Of a stretch of 32,000 nucleotides of DNA, positions 9,473 to 19,144 are shown piece by piece. The stretch comes from Mycolicibacterium smegmatis (lineage in GTDB: Bacteria > Actinomycetota > Actinomycetes > Mycobacteriales > Mycobacteriaceae): contig NZ_LN831039.1 in NCBI RefSeq assembly GCF_001457595.1, positions 1,200,001-1,232,000 of the forward strand. The letters run 5' to 3'. The position numbers and the translations under genes are program-made. Within the stretch, counting starts at the first letter, position 1. The number at the start of each line of letters is the position of its first letter. Under the pieces are notes generated by a model. It did not search any database and was not told the origin of the DNA. It worked only from the letters and a program-made list of their open reading frames with translations.

Positions 9473-9757
9473 GTGCTATCGGCGGCGACGGGGGTGGCTG
9501 AGTGCCATCAGTCGGTAGTTGGCCAGGTGGAGGCGGGGGAGGTGTTCGTTCGTCATCCGCATCTCCACCTCGCGGGTGAGGGCGTCCAGGAGTTTGGCGA
9601 TGGTGACGGCGAGTTCTTCTTCTCGGCTGAGGGTGTGCCACCGGGTGCGGAGTCGCCGCCAGGTCTTGGTGATCATCTTCGTCACGAGGCGTTGATCCTT
9701 GCCTGGACCTTCTTGCGGGCCTCGGTTATCCACTTCTTGTTCCAGGCGGACTGGCAC
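9473..9757 (-). CDS. Small hypothetical protein (start uncertain)
   Basis: Open frame colinear with neighbouring minus-strand genes; includes MITKTWRRLRTRWHTLSREEELAVTIAKLLDALTREVEMRM. Confidence 0.45.
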
Positions 9758-10395
9758 CGTGAGCAGTATTTGTCACCCATTGGGGTGACCCTCTGGTACT
9801 CGGCCCTTGGGTGGCCTTTGGCGCACACGTCGTCACTGATGAAGGACACGAAGTCCGTTCTCTTGGAGGCCTTTTGGTAATGGAAACCGCACAGTCGTCG
9901 TCGGATATGTCCCGCTGGGGTGTCGCAACCGTTCACGGTGCAGGGTGGGTTGTCCGCGAAGGGGCCGGTGCCACGGTATTGGTGCCGCACGTAGTGCCGG
10001 CGGCAGCACCCGCGAGACTCTACAAAGTCCTCGCACCCATCCTCTTGGCATGGGGTGTCTTTCGCTAGGACGCCCCGCCGTCCATCCCGGAAGGAATGGC
10101 GAATGTTCTCCGCCTGGGTGCCGTACTTGAGGTTGTCGACGTTGTTGTTCAGGGTGTCGTCGTCCAGGTGCATGATGACCATTCCGTCAGGTCGTGGCCC
10201 AATGAATTCGGCGGCGACGAGATGGTGGACATAGAACTGCTTTTTGTCTCCCGCTTTGGATAGGGACACATACCTGTAGCCGGAACTGGCGAGTCCGCCT
10301 GAGAGAATTCCTCCCATGCGTACGCTGAACACTCGACCGTCATCGGAAATGAGGTATTCGTCCTCGAAGCCCGCAATGGGACGCCACTCGGTCAT
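9682..10395 (-). CDS. NUMOD4-type HNH homing endonuclease-like protein with C-terminal Cys-rich repeats
   Basis: EWRPIAGFEDEYLISDDGRVFSV (NUMOD4), VHHLVAAEFIG...IMHLDDDTLNNNVDNLKYGT (HNH), then Cys pairs CQEDGCEDFVESRGCCRRH, CTVNGCDTPAGHIRRRLCGFH. Confidence 0.85.
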   Translation of the reverse strand: MTEWRPIAGFEDEYLISDDGRVFSVRMGGILSGGLASSGYRYVSLSKAGDKKQFYVHHLVAAEFIGPRPDGMVIMHLDDDTLNNNVDNLKYGTQAENIRHSFRDGRRGVLAKDTPCQEDGCEDFVESRGCCRRHYVRHQYRGTGPFADNPPCTVNGCDTPAGHIRRRLCGFHYQKASKRTDFVSFISDDVCAKGHPRAEYQRVTPMGDKYCSRCQSAWNKKWITEARKKVQARINAS

Positions 10396-10574
10396 TCGCC
10401 CCCCTCCCCGAGGAAGGCCATGATGGAACTCCGCACAATGTAAGTACGGGCCCCGATAACAACGGACTTGACCTGGCCCTGTTTGACCAGTTGATCCACC
10501 AGCCGGCGGTCGATCCCCAGGACCCGAGACGCCTGGGCAATGCCCATGAGGGCACCTGATTCATTGATTTTCAT
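10392..10574 (-). CDS. Small HTH DNA-binding protein (excisionase/regulator-like)
   Basis: GIAQASRVLGIDRRLVDQLVKQGQVKSVVIGARTYIVRSSIMAFL; ATGA overlap with the downstream HNH gene. Confidence 0.6.
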   Translation of the reverse strand: MKINESGALMGIAQASRVLGIDRRLVDQLVKQGQVKSVVIGARTYIVRSSIMAFLGEGGE

Positions 10575-10938
10575 TTGGTATTTCCTGATTTTCTACAGAT
10601 CGGCCAGCGTCGAATGCCAGACCGTAAGTGGCGAATTCCCATTGAATTAGGAGCGCCGAGGAGAGGTTTTCCTTCTCTCTGATTTCAGAATAAGCGACGA
10701 TTCGCAAAATTAAGCAAAATTATGTGTAATCTACATCACAAAAGCTTGACAAATGAACGCCGAGGAATGGCGGATCTATTGATAGAATTAAAGGGAGAAG
10801 GGAATAAAACCCCCCACCACCTGCAAACCAACGGCAGCCAACGCCACCCGGCGTGGCGTCCAATAACGGTGCAGGAACCCCGGTAGCGTCCGCATTGGGA
10901 ACTGTGGGCTTGGGAGACGACCTTTTAGAGGAGAACCC
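10575..10938. promoter_or_regulatory. Divergent AT-rich intergenic control region
   Basis: Separates minus-strand and plus-strand gene blocks; markedly AT-rich relative to its flanks; contains TTGACA at 10746 and TAGAAT at 10783 (spacing not consensus). Confidence 0.5.
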
Positions 10939-11100
10939 ATGTCCAGAACACCCCACCATCGCTCTCGCGTTCAAGACGAACTCGAACGCCAGCAACGTGA
11001 AGAAGAACTGATCCGCGAAGCCGCCCGCACCGGGAACTGGAGCAAGCTGGAGGCCCTTGCCTCCGCAGACCTCCGCAAGGCCCGCAAGGAACTCTCGTGA
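10939..11100 (+). CDS. Small hypothetical protein, 53 aa
   Basis: MSRTPHHRSRVQDELERQQREEELIREAARTGNWSKLEALASADLRKARKELS; first plus-strand ORF after the divergent region. Confidence 0.55.
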   Translation: MSRTPHHRSRVQDELERQQREEELIREAARTGNWSKLEALASADLRKARKELS

Positions 11101-11237
11101 GCGCCGCCGCGGCTGGTTCCGGCTCCATCGAGGCCTAAATCGAAGAAGAAGGGCTTCTGGACTCGACAGAGGGCATCCAAGAGGAGAAGAGAATGAAAAC
11201 TGGTGTAAACCAACCGAATCTGGTGGTTCTGGCGTAG

Positions 11238-11780
11238 ATGGCGACGTACCACAAAGCAACACCCCGGTACGTGATGTCGTTCAACCAGTTCTGGGAGAAC
11301 CAAGCGTTCAACACCGACCTCACCCTGTGGCAGCGAGTGTTCGCCTTTGCGATGTCGCGTCACCTACCGAACCTCCACACACCATTCGAGCCCGGGCAAC
11401 TGGAAAAACTCCTCGGGGTCCAGCCGGATGGAACCGTCAAAACCATTCACCGGCAGAAGCTGTGGGAAGCGATCAACCACTTGAAGAAGATTGGCTGGCT
11501 GGATCAGTCGTCCGACCGGGAATGCCTCGTGCTTCCAGCCGAGGGCTTCGCGACAGGGATGAGGGGTAACAACAAGCCCTGCCCGCACCATTGCCAGGAG
11601 GCTCCAGCTCCGTCGAATGTGGTGTTCATTCGGGACCGCTCCGTTCCGTGCTCGAGTCCCAATGAAAGAGAATCTAATAGGGACGAAGCAAAACGGCAGG
11701 CCAGGGAAGTTTTGCGTCCCGAAAAACGGGACATGATGTCCCCAAAAACGGGACAAGCCCCGGAGGTGGTCGTCTCATGA
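11238..11780 (+). CDS. Putative replication/DNA-binding protein (O-like initiator candidate)
   Basis: MATYHKATPRYVMSFNQFWENQAFNTDLTLWQRVFAFAMSRHLPNLHTPFEPGQLEKLLG; HTH-like N-terminus; 3' half contains tandem palindromic repeats. Confidence 0.5.
   Translation: MATYHKATPRYVMSFNQFWENQAFNTDLTLWQRVFAFAMSRHLPNLHTPFEPGQLEKLLGVQPDGTVKTIHRQKLWEAINHLKKIGWLDQSSDRECLVLPAEGFATGMRGNNKPCPHHCQEAPAPSNVVFIRDRSVPCSSPNERESNRDEAKRQAREVLRPEKRDMMSPKTGQAPEVVVS
11716..11754. repeat. Two tandem 17-bp palindromes at 22-bp period: GTCCCGAAAAACGGGAC-atgat-GTCCCCAAAAACGGGAC
   Basis: Read directly; 16 of 17 bases identical, inside the ORF at 11238-11780. Confidence 0.85.
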
Positions 11781-12307
11781 CCGTGAAATGCCCAGTATGC
11801 AGCCAGTTTGTAAAGGTGAACTCCCGAGGAACCCTCCACCGGCACGGCCCTGCATTCCGTTGCCCGACTGTCGGACTCACCCCGGGCGAGATTGAGATCC
11901 TTCTTCAGGAAGGTCGACTCCCGGAGCTGACTGAGGAGCAGCGGCTCGGTGCGGTGTGTCCGGTGTGTGACCGGCGGATCAAGCTCACCAGGGCGGGATG
12001 CTTCCATCGCCACGGCCCGGAACCGTACATCTGCATGGGGTCGGGGCATTCTCCCGAGGTGGCTGCCAGATACAACCTGCCGCCGCTGTCCGAGGACCAG
12101 CTGGAGCTGTTCAGGCAGTGCTGGCGGACGGGCGACCCCCGGCCCGTGGAGGACGAGTTCGGCATCACCTGCTGGAAGGTCGGCCGGTATGCGTGCGACC
12201 GATTCGACTTCGACGGGATGCTGGCGGAGATGATCAAGTTCAACCGGAAGTGGATTGAACTCCTCATTGAACGCTCCAAAGCCCACTGGGAGGGCGTGGA
12301 ACGGTGA
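11777..12307 (+). CDS. Zinc-ribbon protein with duplicated CPxC...HRHG...C module
   Basis: CPVCSQFVKVNSRGTLHRHGPAFRC and CPVCDRRIKLTRAGCFHRHGPEPYIC. Confidence 0.6.
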   Translation: MTVKCPVCSQFVKVNSRGTLHRHGPAFRCPTVGLTPGEIEILLQEGRLPELTEEQRLGAVCPVCDRRIKLTRAGCFHRHGPEPYICMGSGHSPEVAARYNLPPLSEDQLELFRQCWRTGDPRPVEDEFGITCWKVGRYACDRFDFDGMLAEMIKFNRKWIELLIERSKAHWEGVER

Positions 12308-12413
12308 ACCCGGCTGGAACAGTGGAACAGCCCCCCCATATGCAGGCGGTGTCCCACTGTTCCGGTTCCGGTGTTGGTGAAGGAATCGGAGAGGGCAGTA
12401 GGGAAGTTGAGGT

Positions 12414-12893
12414 TTGCAGCTCGCTGAACTGATTCGGGAACTGGTGGAACCGAAGATGGTTGGGGGCGTGAAGATGTGCTCGGTCCTGGACCAGCTCCAC
12501 GCCCTTGGCCGTCCCCGAAATCTGATCATTGAGATCGAACAGACCGCCGCCAAGTGGTACCCGGAACTGGCCTCCACGGCTGATCGGCTTCGCATCGTCG
12601 CCAACAACCCGAAGGACTCCGAGGCGATGGCAAGGACTGTGAAGAGTTGGATTCGTCGGGCCGACCGGGTGTTGAACCCGAAGCCCCGCCGGTTGATCCC
12701 CGGCCAATGCCCAGAGTGCGGTGCCTCCGAAGTGGTTCGAGACCATCGTGGTGAAGAAGTCCGCCAACCAACCCTCCTTGTCGGTGTTGATGGTTGTGAG
12801 TGCCGATCTTGTCGGGCCGTGTGGGAACCGGACCAGCTGCTGGACTTGGCGAAGTATCTCGGGTTCCCGACACCAGAAGGTGTGTGCGCGTAG
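12414..12893 (+). CDS. Phage hypothetical protein with C-terminal zinc ribbon
   Basis: CPECGASEVVRDHRGEEVRQPTLLVGVDGCECRSC; tightly coupled to the next gene. Confidence 0.6.
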   Translation: MQLAELIRELVEPKMVGGVKMCSVLDQLHALGRPRNLIIEIEQTAAKWYPELASTADRLRIVANNPKDSEAMARTVKSWIRRADRVLNPKPRRLIPGQCPECGASEVVRDHRGEEVRQPTLLVGVDGCECRSCRAVWEPDQLLDLAKYLGFPTPEGVCA

Positions 12894-13813
12894 TGAAAAT
12901 TGTCGTCCTCGGGAACCGCATCGAGTCGGGTCGCGTCTTTGAGTCTTGGCGTCCCGACTGTGTTGAGGCCCTCAAGCAGTTGGGCCACCAGGTCACGGCC
13001 CTGCCATTCGGTTCGGTGGCCGTGCCACTCCTTCGGAATGTCGCCAAAGACGCCGACATGCTGCTGTGGCTCAAAGATGAGCCCCCCTCGCCCGCTGAGG
13101 AAGTGATCGACGCTCTGCGGAGCCTGGAGGGTCGCGGCGTGGTCACGGTCGCCCTCCATATGGACCTGTTCCATGGGGTTGAGCGCCGCAAGGACCTGAT
13201 CGGGAAGTTGCCGTGGTGGACATGCCAGTACGTGTTCACCGCTGATGGCGGTGACCGGGACTGGGGTGGAGTGAACCATCGATGGTTCCCGCCGGCATTC
13301 GGCACCCGGTACCTGGGGCTGTGGGAGGCTGACGACCGGTACCGGCACAAAGCAACGTTTGTCGGAACCCACTCGCAGAGGATTCATGGTGATCACCGTG
13401 GGGCCCTGTTGCAGTGGGCGAACGGAACCTATGGGTGCGACTTCCGGCAGTACGGCACCAAGTCGTCTCCGGTGTGGGGCAAGAAGCTGAACAAGCTGTA
13501 CGCGACAGCCGATTTGGTGCTGGGCGATTCGGCCCCGGCCCCGTTCTATTGGTCTGATCGCGTTCCCAGAACCCTCGGCCGAGGCGGCATCCTCGCCCAT
13601 CCCCGCGTCCCCGGCATGGAGGAACAGGGCTTCACCGACGACGTGATGATCCTCTACGACCGGTTCGACTTCGCGTCCATCAAAGAACGTCGTGACTCAA
13701 TGACCGCAGCCGAAGTTAAGACGATGCGGGAGAACGCAGTTCAGGTTGTTCGAGAACGCCACATATGGCCGGTGGCGATGACTCGCGTACTTAAGGAAGT
13801 TGGGCTGGCATGA
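12893..13813 (+). CDS. GT-B-like glycosyltransferase (CgeB/group-1-like)
   Basis: GTG start; KIVVLGNRIESGRVFESWRPDCVEALKQLGHQVTALPFG N-domain; VPRTLGRGGILAHPRVPGMEEQGFTDDVMILYDRFDFASIKE typical C-domain. Confidence 0.72.
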   Translation: MKIVVLGNRIESGRVFESWRPDCVEALKQLGHQVTALPFGSVAVPLLRNVAKDADMLLWLKDEPPSPAEEVIDALRSLEGRGVVTVALHMDLFHGVERRKDLIGKLPWWTCQYVFTADGGDRDWGGVNHRWFPPAFGTRYLGLWEADDRYRHKATFVGTHSQRIHGDHRGALLQWANGTYGCDFRQYGTKSSPVWGKKLNKLYATADLVLGDSAPAPFYWSDRVPRTLGRGGILAHPRVPGMEEQGFTDDVMILYDRFDFASIKERRDSMTAAEVKTMRENAVQVVRERHIWPVAMTRVLKEVGLA

Positions 13814-14520
13814 GCGTCCGACACATCATCATGGCTGCCGGTGAAGGAACCCGATGGGGCAATCACACCGGAGTGCCGAAGCATCTGATTTCCCCGCTGG
13901 ATGACGGTGAGGCGTTGTTGGCACGATTGGTGCGGCAGCTCCACGAGCGGGGCGAGAACGACGTGATCGTGACCGGCCCCCAGGACTACAAGGACTACCT
14001 CCCCGACCATGTTCAGGTCGTCACCCCGGATGTTTTGGGTGACACCGATGAGTGGCTGGGGGTGACCAAGTTCCACAACACGGTGCCGCATTGGTCGTCT
14101 ACCGGCCGCACGATCCTCTATTGGGGTGACTGTTGGCTTGATGACTGTGTGGTGGACGCGATCACCCGGTACGAGGCTCGCCGTTGGTTGAACTGGTGCC
14201 GCGTCAACAAGTCTCGGGTCACTGGTTGCCCATACGGGGAAAACTTCGCTGTCTCGTTCTTCCCAGAGCACCACAGCAAGTACCTGGAGGCAATGCAGAT
14301 CACGGCTGATGCTCACCGGGACGGTGAAATCACTCGGTCGGGCGGTTGGGAGGTGCTGCGGGCTTACGCCGGGGCGCGGGGACCGAAGATCCGCACCATG
14401 AACCGCAACCTGCCGCAGGTCCGCGATGTTGGGTATATGGGCACATCGTTCTCTGACGACTTTGACAAGCCAGAGGACTTCGACCGGTGGCAGAAGAACT
14501 GGAAGAAGCGGAATGCCTGA
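13810..14520 (+). CDS. Nucleotidyltransferase, sugar-nucleotide pyrophosphorylase-like
   Basis: HIIMAAGEGTRWGNHTGVPKHLISP signature (AAGxGTR...PKh), VTGPQDY, GDCWLDDCVVDAI; ATGA overlap with the GT gene. Confidence 0.72.
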   Translation: MSVRHIIMAAGEGTRWGNHTGVPKHLISPLDDGEALLARLVRQLHERGENDVIVTGPQDYKDYLPDHVQVVTPDVLGDTDEWLGVTKFHNTVPHWSSTGRTILYWGDCWLDDCVVDAITRYEARRWLNWCRVNKSRVTGCPYGENFAVSFFPEHHSKYLEAMQITADAHRDGEITRSGGWEVLRAYAGARGPKIRTMNRNLPQVRDVGYMGTSFSDDFDKPEDFDRWQKNWKKRNA

Positions 14521-15790
14521 CTTCGGCACCGATGGCATCCGGGGTGATATTTCCCCCGAGTTCGCCAAATCTCTCGGCATTGCGATTTCCCGGTTCGGCA
14601 ACCAGGTTGTGGTTGGTCGAGACACCCGCATCAGCGGCCAGGAGCTGGAGGACGCCCTCGTTGAAGGGCTTCGCTACGGCGCGAATGTGCAGCGGGTTGG
14701 GGTGGTGCCCACGCCGGCCCTGTCTTACTTCACCACCGACATGGGCGTGATGATCACCGCCTCCCACAATTTGATGCCCGACAATGGGTTCAAGATTTTC
14801 GGGCGGCTGGGCTACAAGCTGAACCCGGCTGGTCAGAAGCGGGTCCAATACTTCATTGGCGTCCCCGCGGTCAACGCTGGCGGCATGGAGGACACCCGCC
14901 TGCCCGGGTTGCTGGATCACTACATTCGTCGCGTCAGCAGGGTTGTGAGGGGCCTCGCCGGCCTCAAGATCGTGGTGGACTGTGCGAACGGTGCCACCCA
15001 CCGGGCCGCCCCCGAGGTGTACGCCAACGCCGGGGCTGAGGTCGTCGCCATCAACACCACCCCGGACGGCTGGAACATCAACCAGGATTGCGGCTCCACC
15101 AACCCGAGGATGCTTCAGGAAGCGGTCCTCACCCACCGGGCCGACCTTGGCATCGCTCACGACGGCGACGGGGACCGGGTCATCATGGTGGACGCCAACG
15201 GACAGATCGTTGACGGGGACGGCCTGCTGGCCGTTCTGGCGGTCGGCATGAAGGAGCGGGACGTTCTTACCGACGACACCATCGTGGTGACCCGGCTGAG
15301 CAACTCCGGGCTGTGGACCCGGCTCCGCGAAGACGACATCCGGGTGGCGGTGACCGATGTGGGTGATCACCATGTGGCGGAGCGGTTGCAGCGGAGGGGA
15401 TTGGCCCTCGGCGGGGAACCGTGCGGGCACATCATCATCCCGAAGTTGTTCCCGTCCAGTGACGGCATTCTCACCGCGATGAAGGTGATGTCGATCATGG
15501 TTGAATCCGGTGCCTCGCTGGCCGATTTGGCCCATTTCGACCGGATACCGCAATCTCACATCAACATCCCCGCCCGCAAGCCCAGTATTGCCGCCCAGAT
15601 GGCCCGTGAAGCGATTGACGAGATCGTTGAGGGTGTCGGCAAGGCGGGACGGATCATCGTGCGGGAGAGCGGCACTGAGCCCGTTGTCCGGGTGATGGTT
15701 GAGCATCCCACCGACGCGGACGGGCTGGCCCACGAGGTGGCCACCCACATCGAACAAGCAGAACTTCGCGCCCAGACTCTGGGTGTGTGA
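14513..15790 (+). CDS. glmM: Phosphoglucosamine mutase-like protein
   Basis: FGTDGIRGDISPE, GRDTRISG, ITASHNLMPDNGFKIFG, HDGDGDRVIMVD, GGEPCGHII, RESGTEPVVRVMVE. Confidence 0.88.
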   Translation: MPDFGTDGIRGDISPEFAKSLGIAISRFGNQVVVGRDTRISGQELEDALVEGLRYGANVQRVGVVPTPALSYFTTDMGVMITASHNLMPDNGFKIFGRLGYKLNPAGQKRVQYFIGVPAVNAGGMEDTRLPGLLDHYIRRVSRVVRGLAGLKIVVDCANGATHRAAPEVYANAGAEVVAINTTPDGWNINQDCGSTNPRMLQEAVLTHRADLGIAHDGDGDRVIMVDANGQIVDGDGLLAVLAVGMKERDVLTDDTIVVTRLSNSGLWTRLREDDIRVAVTDVGDHHVAERLQRRGLALGGEPCGHIIIPKLFPSSDGILTAMKVMSIMVESGASLADLAHFDRIPQSHINIPARKPSIAAQMAREAIDEIVEGVGKAGRIIVRESGTEPVVRVMVEHPTDADGLAHEVATHIEQAELRAQTLGV

Positions 15791-15805
15791 TTTACCGGAG
15801 GTTGC

Positions 15806-16154
15806 ATGACCATCAAGCTTGGCTGGGAGCCCCACCGCATCAAGCCAATCTTCTCCAAGGGTGTCGATTGGATTGTTTCCGTTGAGCCCGAGGGCGATTC
15901 ACCTGTGTGGCCAGAAGGGGCGACCGTCACCGCGGTTGTCTACGACAAGGCCACCGACGTGTCCGCACCCTTGGACGAGTGGATCGTCCTGTACTCGTGG
16001 GAGGGCACCATCCAGGACGACGTCCTGACGATCCGGGCTGAGTCGGCGGACACCGACATGGTCCCGGCAGGCTCCCTGATGAGGATTCGCGTCAGCTTCC
16101 CCAATACCCCGAACACCGACGACTACCTGTTCGCCAAGGGCGTGGTGGCCCGCG

Positions 16155-16162
<8 letters not shown>
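15806..16162 (+). CDS. Phage structural/tail-associated protein (LtfC/p132/Gp6-like beta-sandwich suspected)
   Basis: MTIKLGWEPHRIKPIFSKGVDWIVSVEPEGD...WPEGATVTAVVYD; start follows GGAGG; upstream of fibre genes. Confidence 0.5.
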
Positions 16163-17058
<896 letters not shown>

Positions 17059-17062
<4 letters not shown>

Positions 17063-17691
17063 AGGTCTACTTCGGTGACCAGCCCCTGGACGAAGCTGTG
17101 TCGGTGTACTCCGGTGGGTACGCGGCAGCCGTCTATGTGGGCGACACGAAGCTGTGGCCAACCGAAGCTGTCACAACGATTTACAGCACAGCGGGCTCCA
17201 AGTCCTACACGTTCCCCACATGGTTCCGGCTGGGGGTCGATTACCTCGATGTCATCGCACTGGGCGGCGGGGGTGGCGGGTACCGGCCCGGATCGGGGCA
17301 GACCCAGGCACCCACAGACGGTGAGGATTCAGTGGTGGTTGTGCCGACCGGCTCCGGGGATGTCTCGGTTACTGGCGATGGAGGAGCGTTCAACTCGTCC
17401 AATGGAACCCTCCCAGGGCACGCAAATGGTGCGACGGCAATCAGCATGATGTTCAAGGGCACCTTCTATTTCGAGCCCACTTCAGGTAAGGGCGGCGATG
17501 GGGTTGCCGTCACGGCTGGGGTCATCGGCCGCGGCGGGACAGGGGGCAGCTGGGGGACAAACACCCTTCAGCCCACAGGTGCGATCACCGTCACCGTGGG
17601 TGCGGGCGGGCTGCCGAGAGTGACCACATTTGGAAGTGCTTCCCCAGGAAATCCTGGCAAGGTTTGGATCATCGCCTACCCGGCGGAATAA
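17059..17691 (+). CDS. Gly-rich minor tail-like protein
   Basis: [31 protein letters not shown]...[15 protein letters not shown]...ITVTVGAGG; lies between collagen-like ORFs. Confidence 0.6.
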
Positions 17692-17707
17692 CGAAAGTCA
17701 TTGAACA

Positions 17708-19135
17708 GTGCCATATTTCTTTGATGGTGAACAGTGGGTGCAAACCTCCGCCCAGGCCGCGGAAGGCATGTCCGCCTACGAGGTCGCGGTAGCCAACGGC
17801 TTCGAGGGGACCGAATCAGAGTGGTTGGACTCCCTTGTCGGAGAACAGGGTCCACAGGGCGAGACTGGTCCGCAAGGTGAGACCGGCTCACAGGGCGAGC
17901 AAGGCCCGCAAGGTGATCCCGGCAAGTCCGCCTACCAGGTCGCGGTAGACGAGGGTTTTGAGGGGGACGAGGAGGCCTGGCTGGAAAGCCTGGTCGGTCC
18001 CCAAGGTGAGCAAGGCCCCCAGGGTGTTCAGGGTGAACCCGGAGCCAAGGGTGACAAGGGCGATACCGGCGAAAAGGGCGACCAAGGAGATCCCGGCCTG
18101 TCGGCGTACGAGGTCGCTCTCGACAACGGCTTTGAGGGCACCGAGTCGGAGTGGCTCGACTCACTCGTGGGGGAGCAAGGGCCGCAGGGTGAGCAGGGCC
18201 CCAAGGGTGACCAGGGCGATCCTGGAACGCAGGGCGAACAGGGACCCCAGGGCGATCCCGGCCTGTCGGCCTACGAAGTGGCTGTGGACAACGGCTTCGA
18301 GGGCGATGAAGAGGATTGGCTGGAATCTCTCGTCGGCCCGCAGGGCGAACCGGGGGAGCAGGGTCCCCAGGGCGAGCAGGGCCCTCAGGGCATTCAGGGT
18401 GAGACCGGACCGCAGGGTGATCCGGGTCCGTCCGCTTATGAAGTCGCACTGGACAATGGGTTTGAGGGCGACGAAGAGGATTGGCTGGAGTCGTTGGTGG
18501 GCCCCGAGGGGCCGAAGGGCGATGCCGGCGAGCAGGGGCCGAAGGGTGATCCTGGTGAGCCTGGCGAGCAGGGGCCTCAAGGCGATCCCGGCATGTCCGC
18601 CTATGAGGTGGCCGTCGATGAGGGTTTCGAAGGCACTGAAGAGGAGTGGCTGGAATCCCTGAAGGCTGACGGCATTCCGTGGCCGGATGAAGAGGGCACC
18701 GAGGGTCAGGTCCTGTCTTATGACGGGGACGGCGGGGTTGAGTGGATTGACCCACCCGAGGGTGGCGGGGGCGGTGGTGGGGCCCTACAGATCCCCTACG
18801 ACATGACCTGGACGCTGTACCTTGCACCAGGAACCGGGTCAACCAGCACCCCCTACCAGGCGTTCGAGGCAGTTATTGCGCGCGACTTCCACCTCGAAGA
18901 GGTTTCGATGCGGTATCTCACCGACACCAACCGAACAGCCACTCTTAGGCGCAACGACTCGTCACTGTCGGGCGAAACCTTGTCGCTGACTGGCAATGGG
19001 TCTTTTCAAACCGTTTACAGGAACATGAATTTAGATCTCGAACATGGGGAGAGTTTTGGAGCTGGCCTCAGTAGCACCGCCAATGTCCGCTGGGTGGTGA
19101 TCACCCTTCGCGGATACACCACAATCGACCTGTAA
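17708..19135 (+). CDS. Collagen-like tail fibre protein with six SAYEVAxxxGFEGxExxWLxSL repeats
   Basis: GTG start; alternating 24-aa SAY...WLxSL units and [10 protein letters not shown] Gly-X-Y blocks, then a distinct C-terminal domain. Confidence 0.85.
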   Translation: MPYFFDGEQWVQTSAQAAEGMSAYEVAVANGFEGTESEWLDSLVGEQGPQGETGPQGETGSQGEQGPQGDPGKSAYQVAVDEGFEGDEEAWLESLVGPQGEQGPQGVQGEPGAKGDKGDTGEKGDQGDPGLSAYEVALDNGFEGTESEWLDSLVGEQGPQGEQGPKGDQGDPGTQGEQGPQGDPGLSAYEVAVDNGFEGDEEDWLESLVGPQGEPGEQGPQGEQGPQGIQGETGPQGDPGPSAYEVALDNGFEGDEEDWLESLVGPEGPKGDAGEQGPKGDPGEPGEQGPQGDPGMSAYEVAVDEGFEGTEEEWLESLKADGIPWPDEEGTEGQVLSYDGDGGVEWIDPPEGGGGGGGALQIPYDMTWTLYLAPGTGSTSTPYQAFEAVIARDFHLEEVSMRYLTDTNRTATLRRNDSSLSGETLSLTGNGSFQTVYRNMNLDLEHGESFGAGLSSTANVRWVVITLRGYTTIDL

Positions 19136-19144
19136 GGAATCCCA

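Noticed and set aside
10746-10788. TTGACA...TAGAAT promoter
   Set aside because: Spacing is about 31 bp rather than 16-18, so not claimed as one promoter; only the AT-rich control region is reported.
11504-13600. 698-aa minus-strand ORF
   Set aside because: Antisense shadow of several coherent plus-strand genes (zinc ribbons, GT-B); low-complexity His/Arg/Pro composition typical of high-GC non-coding frames.
14330-15835. 501-aa minus-strand ORF
   Set aside because: Antisense to glmM, whose protein has clear catalytic motifs.
17676-18842. 388-aa minus-strand ORF and other long ORFs over the collagen region
   Set aside because: Repetitive Pro/Arg shadow of the Gly-X-Y coding repeats.
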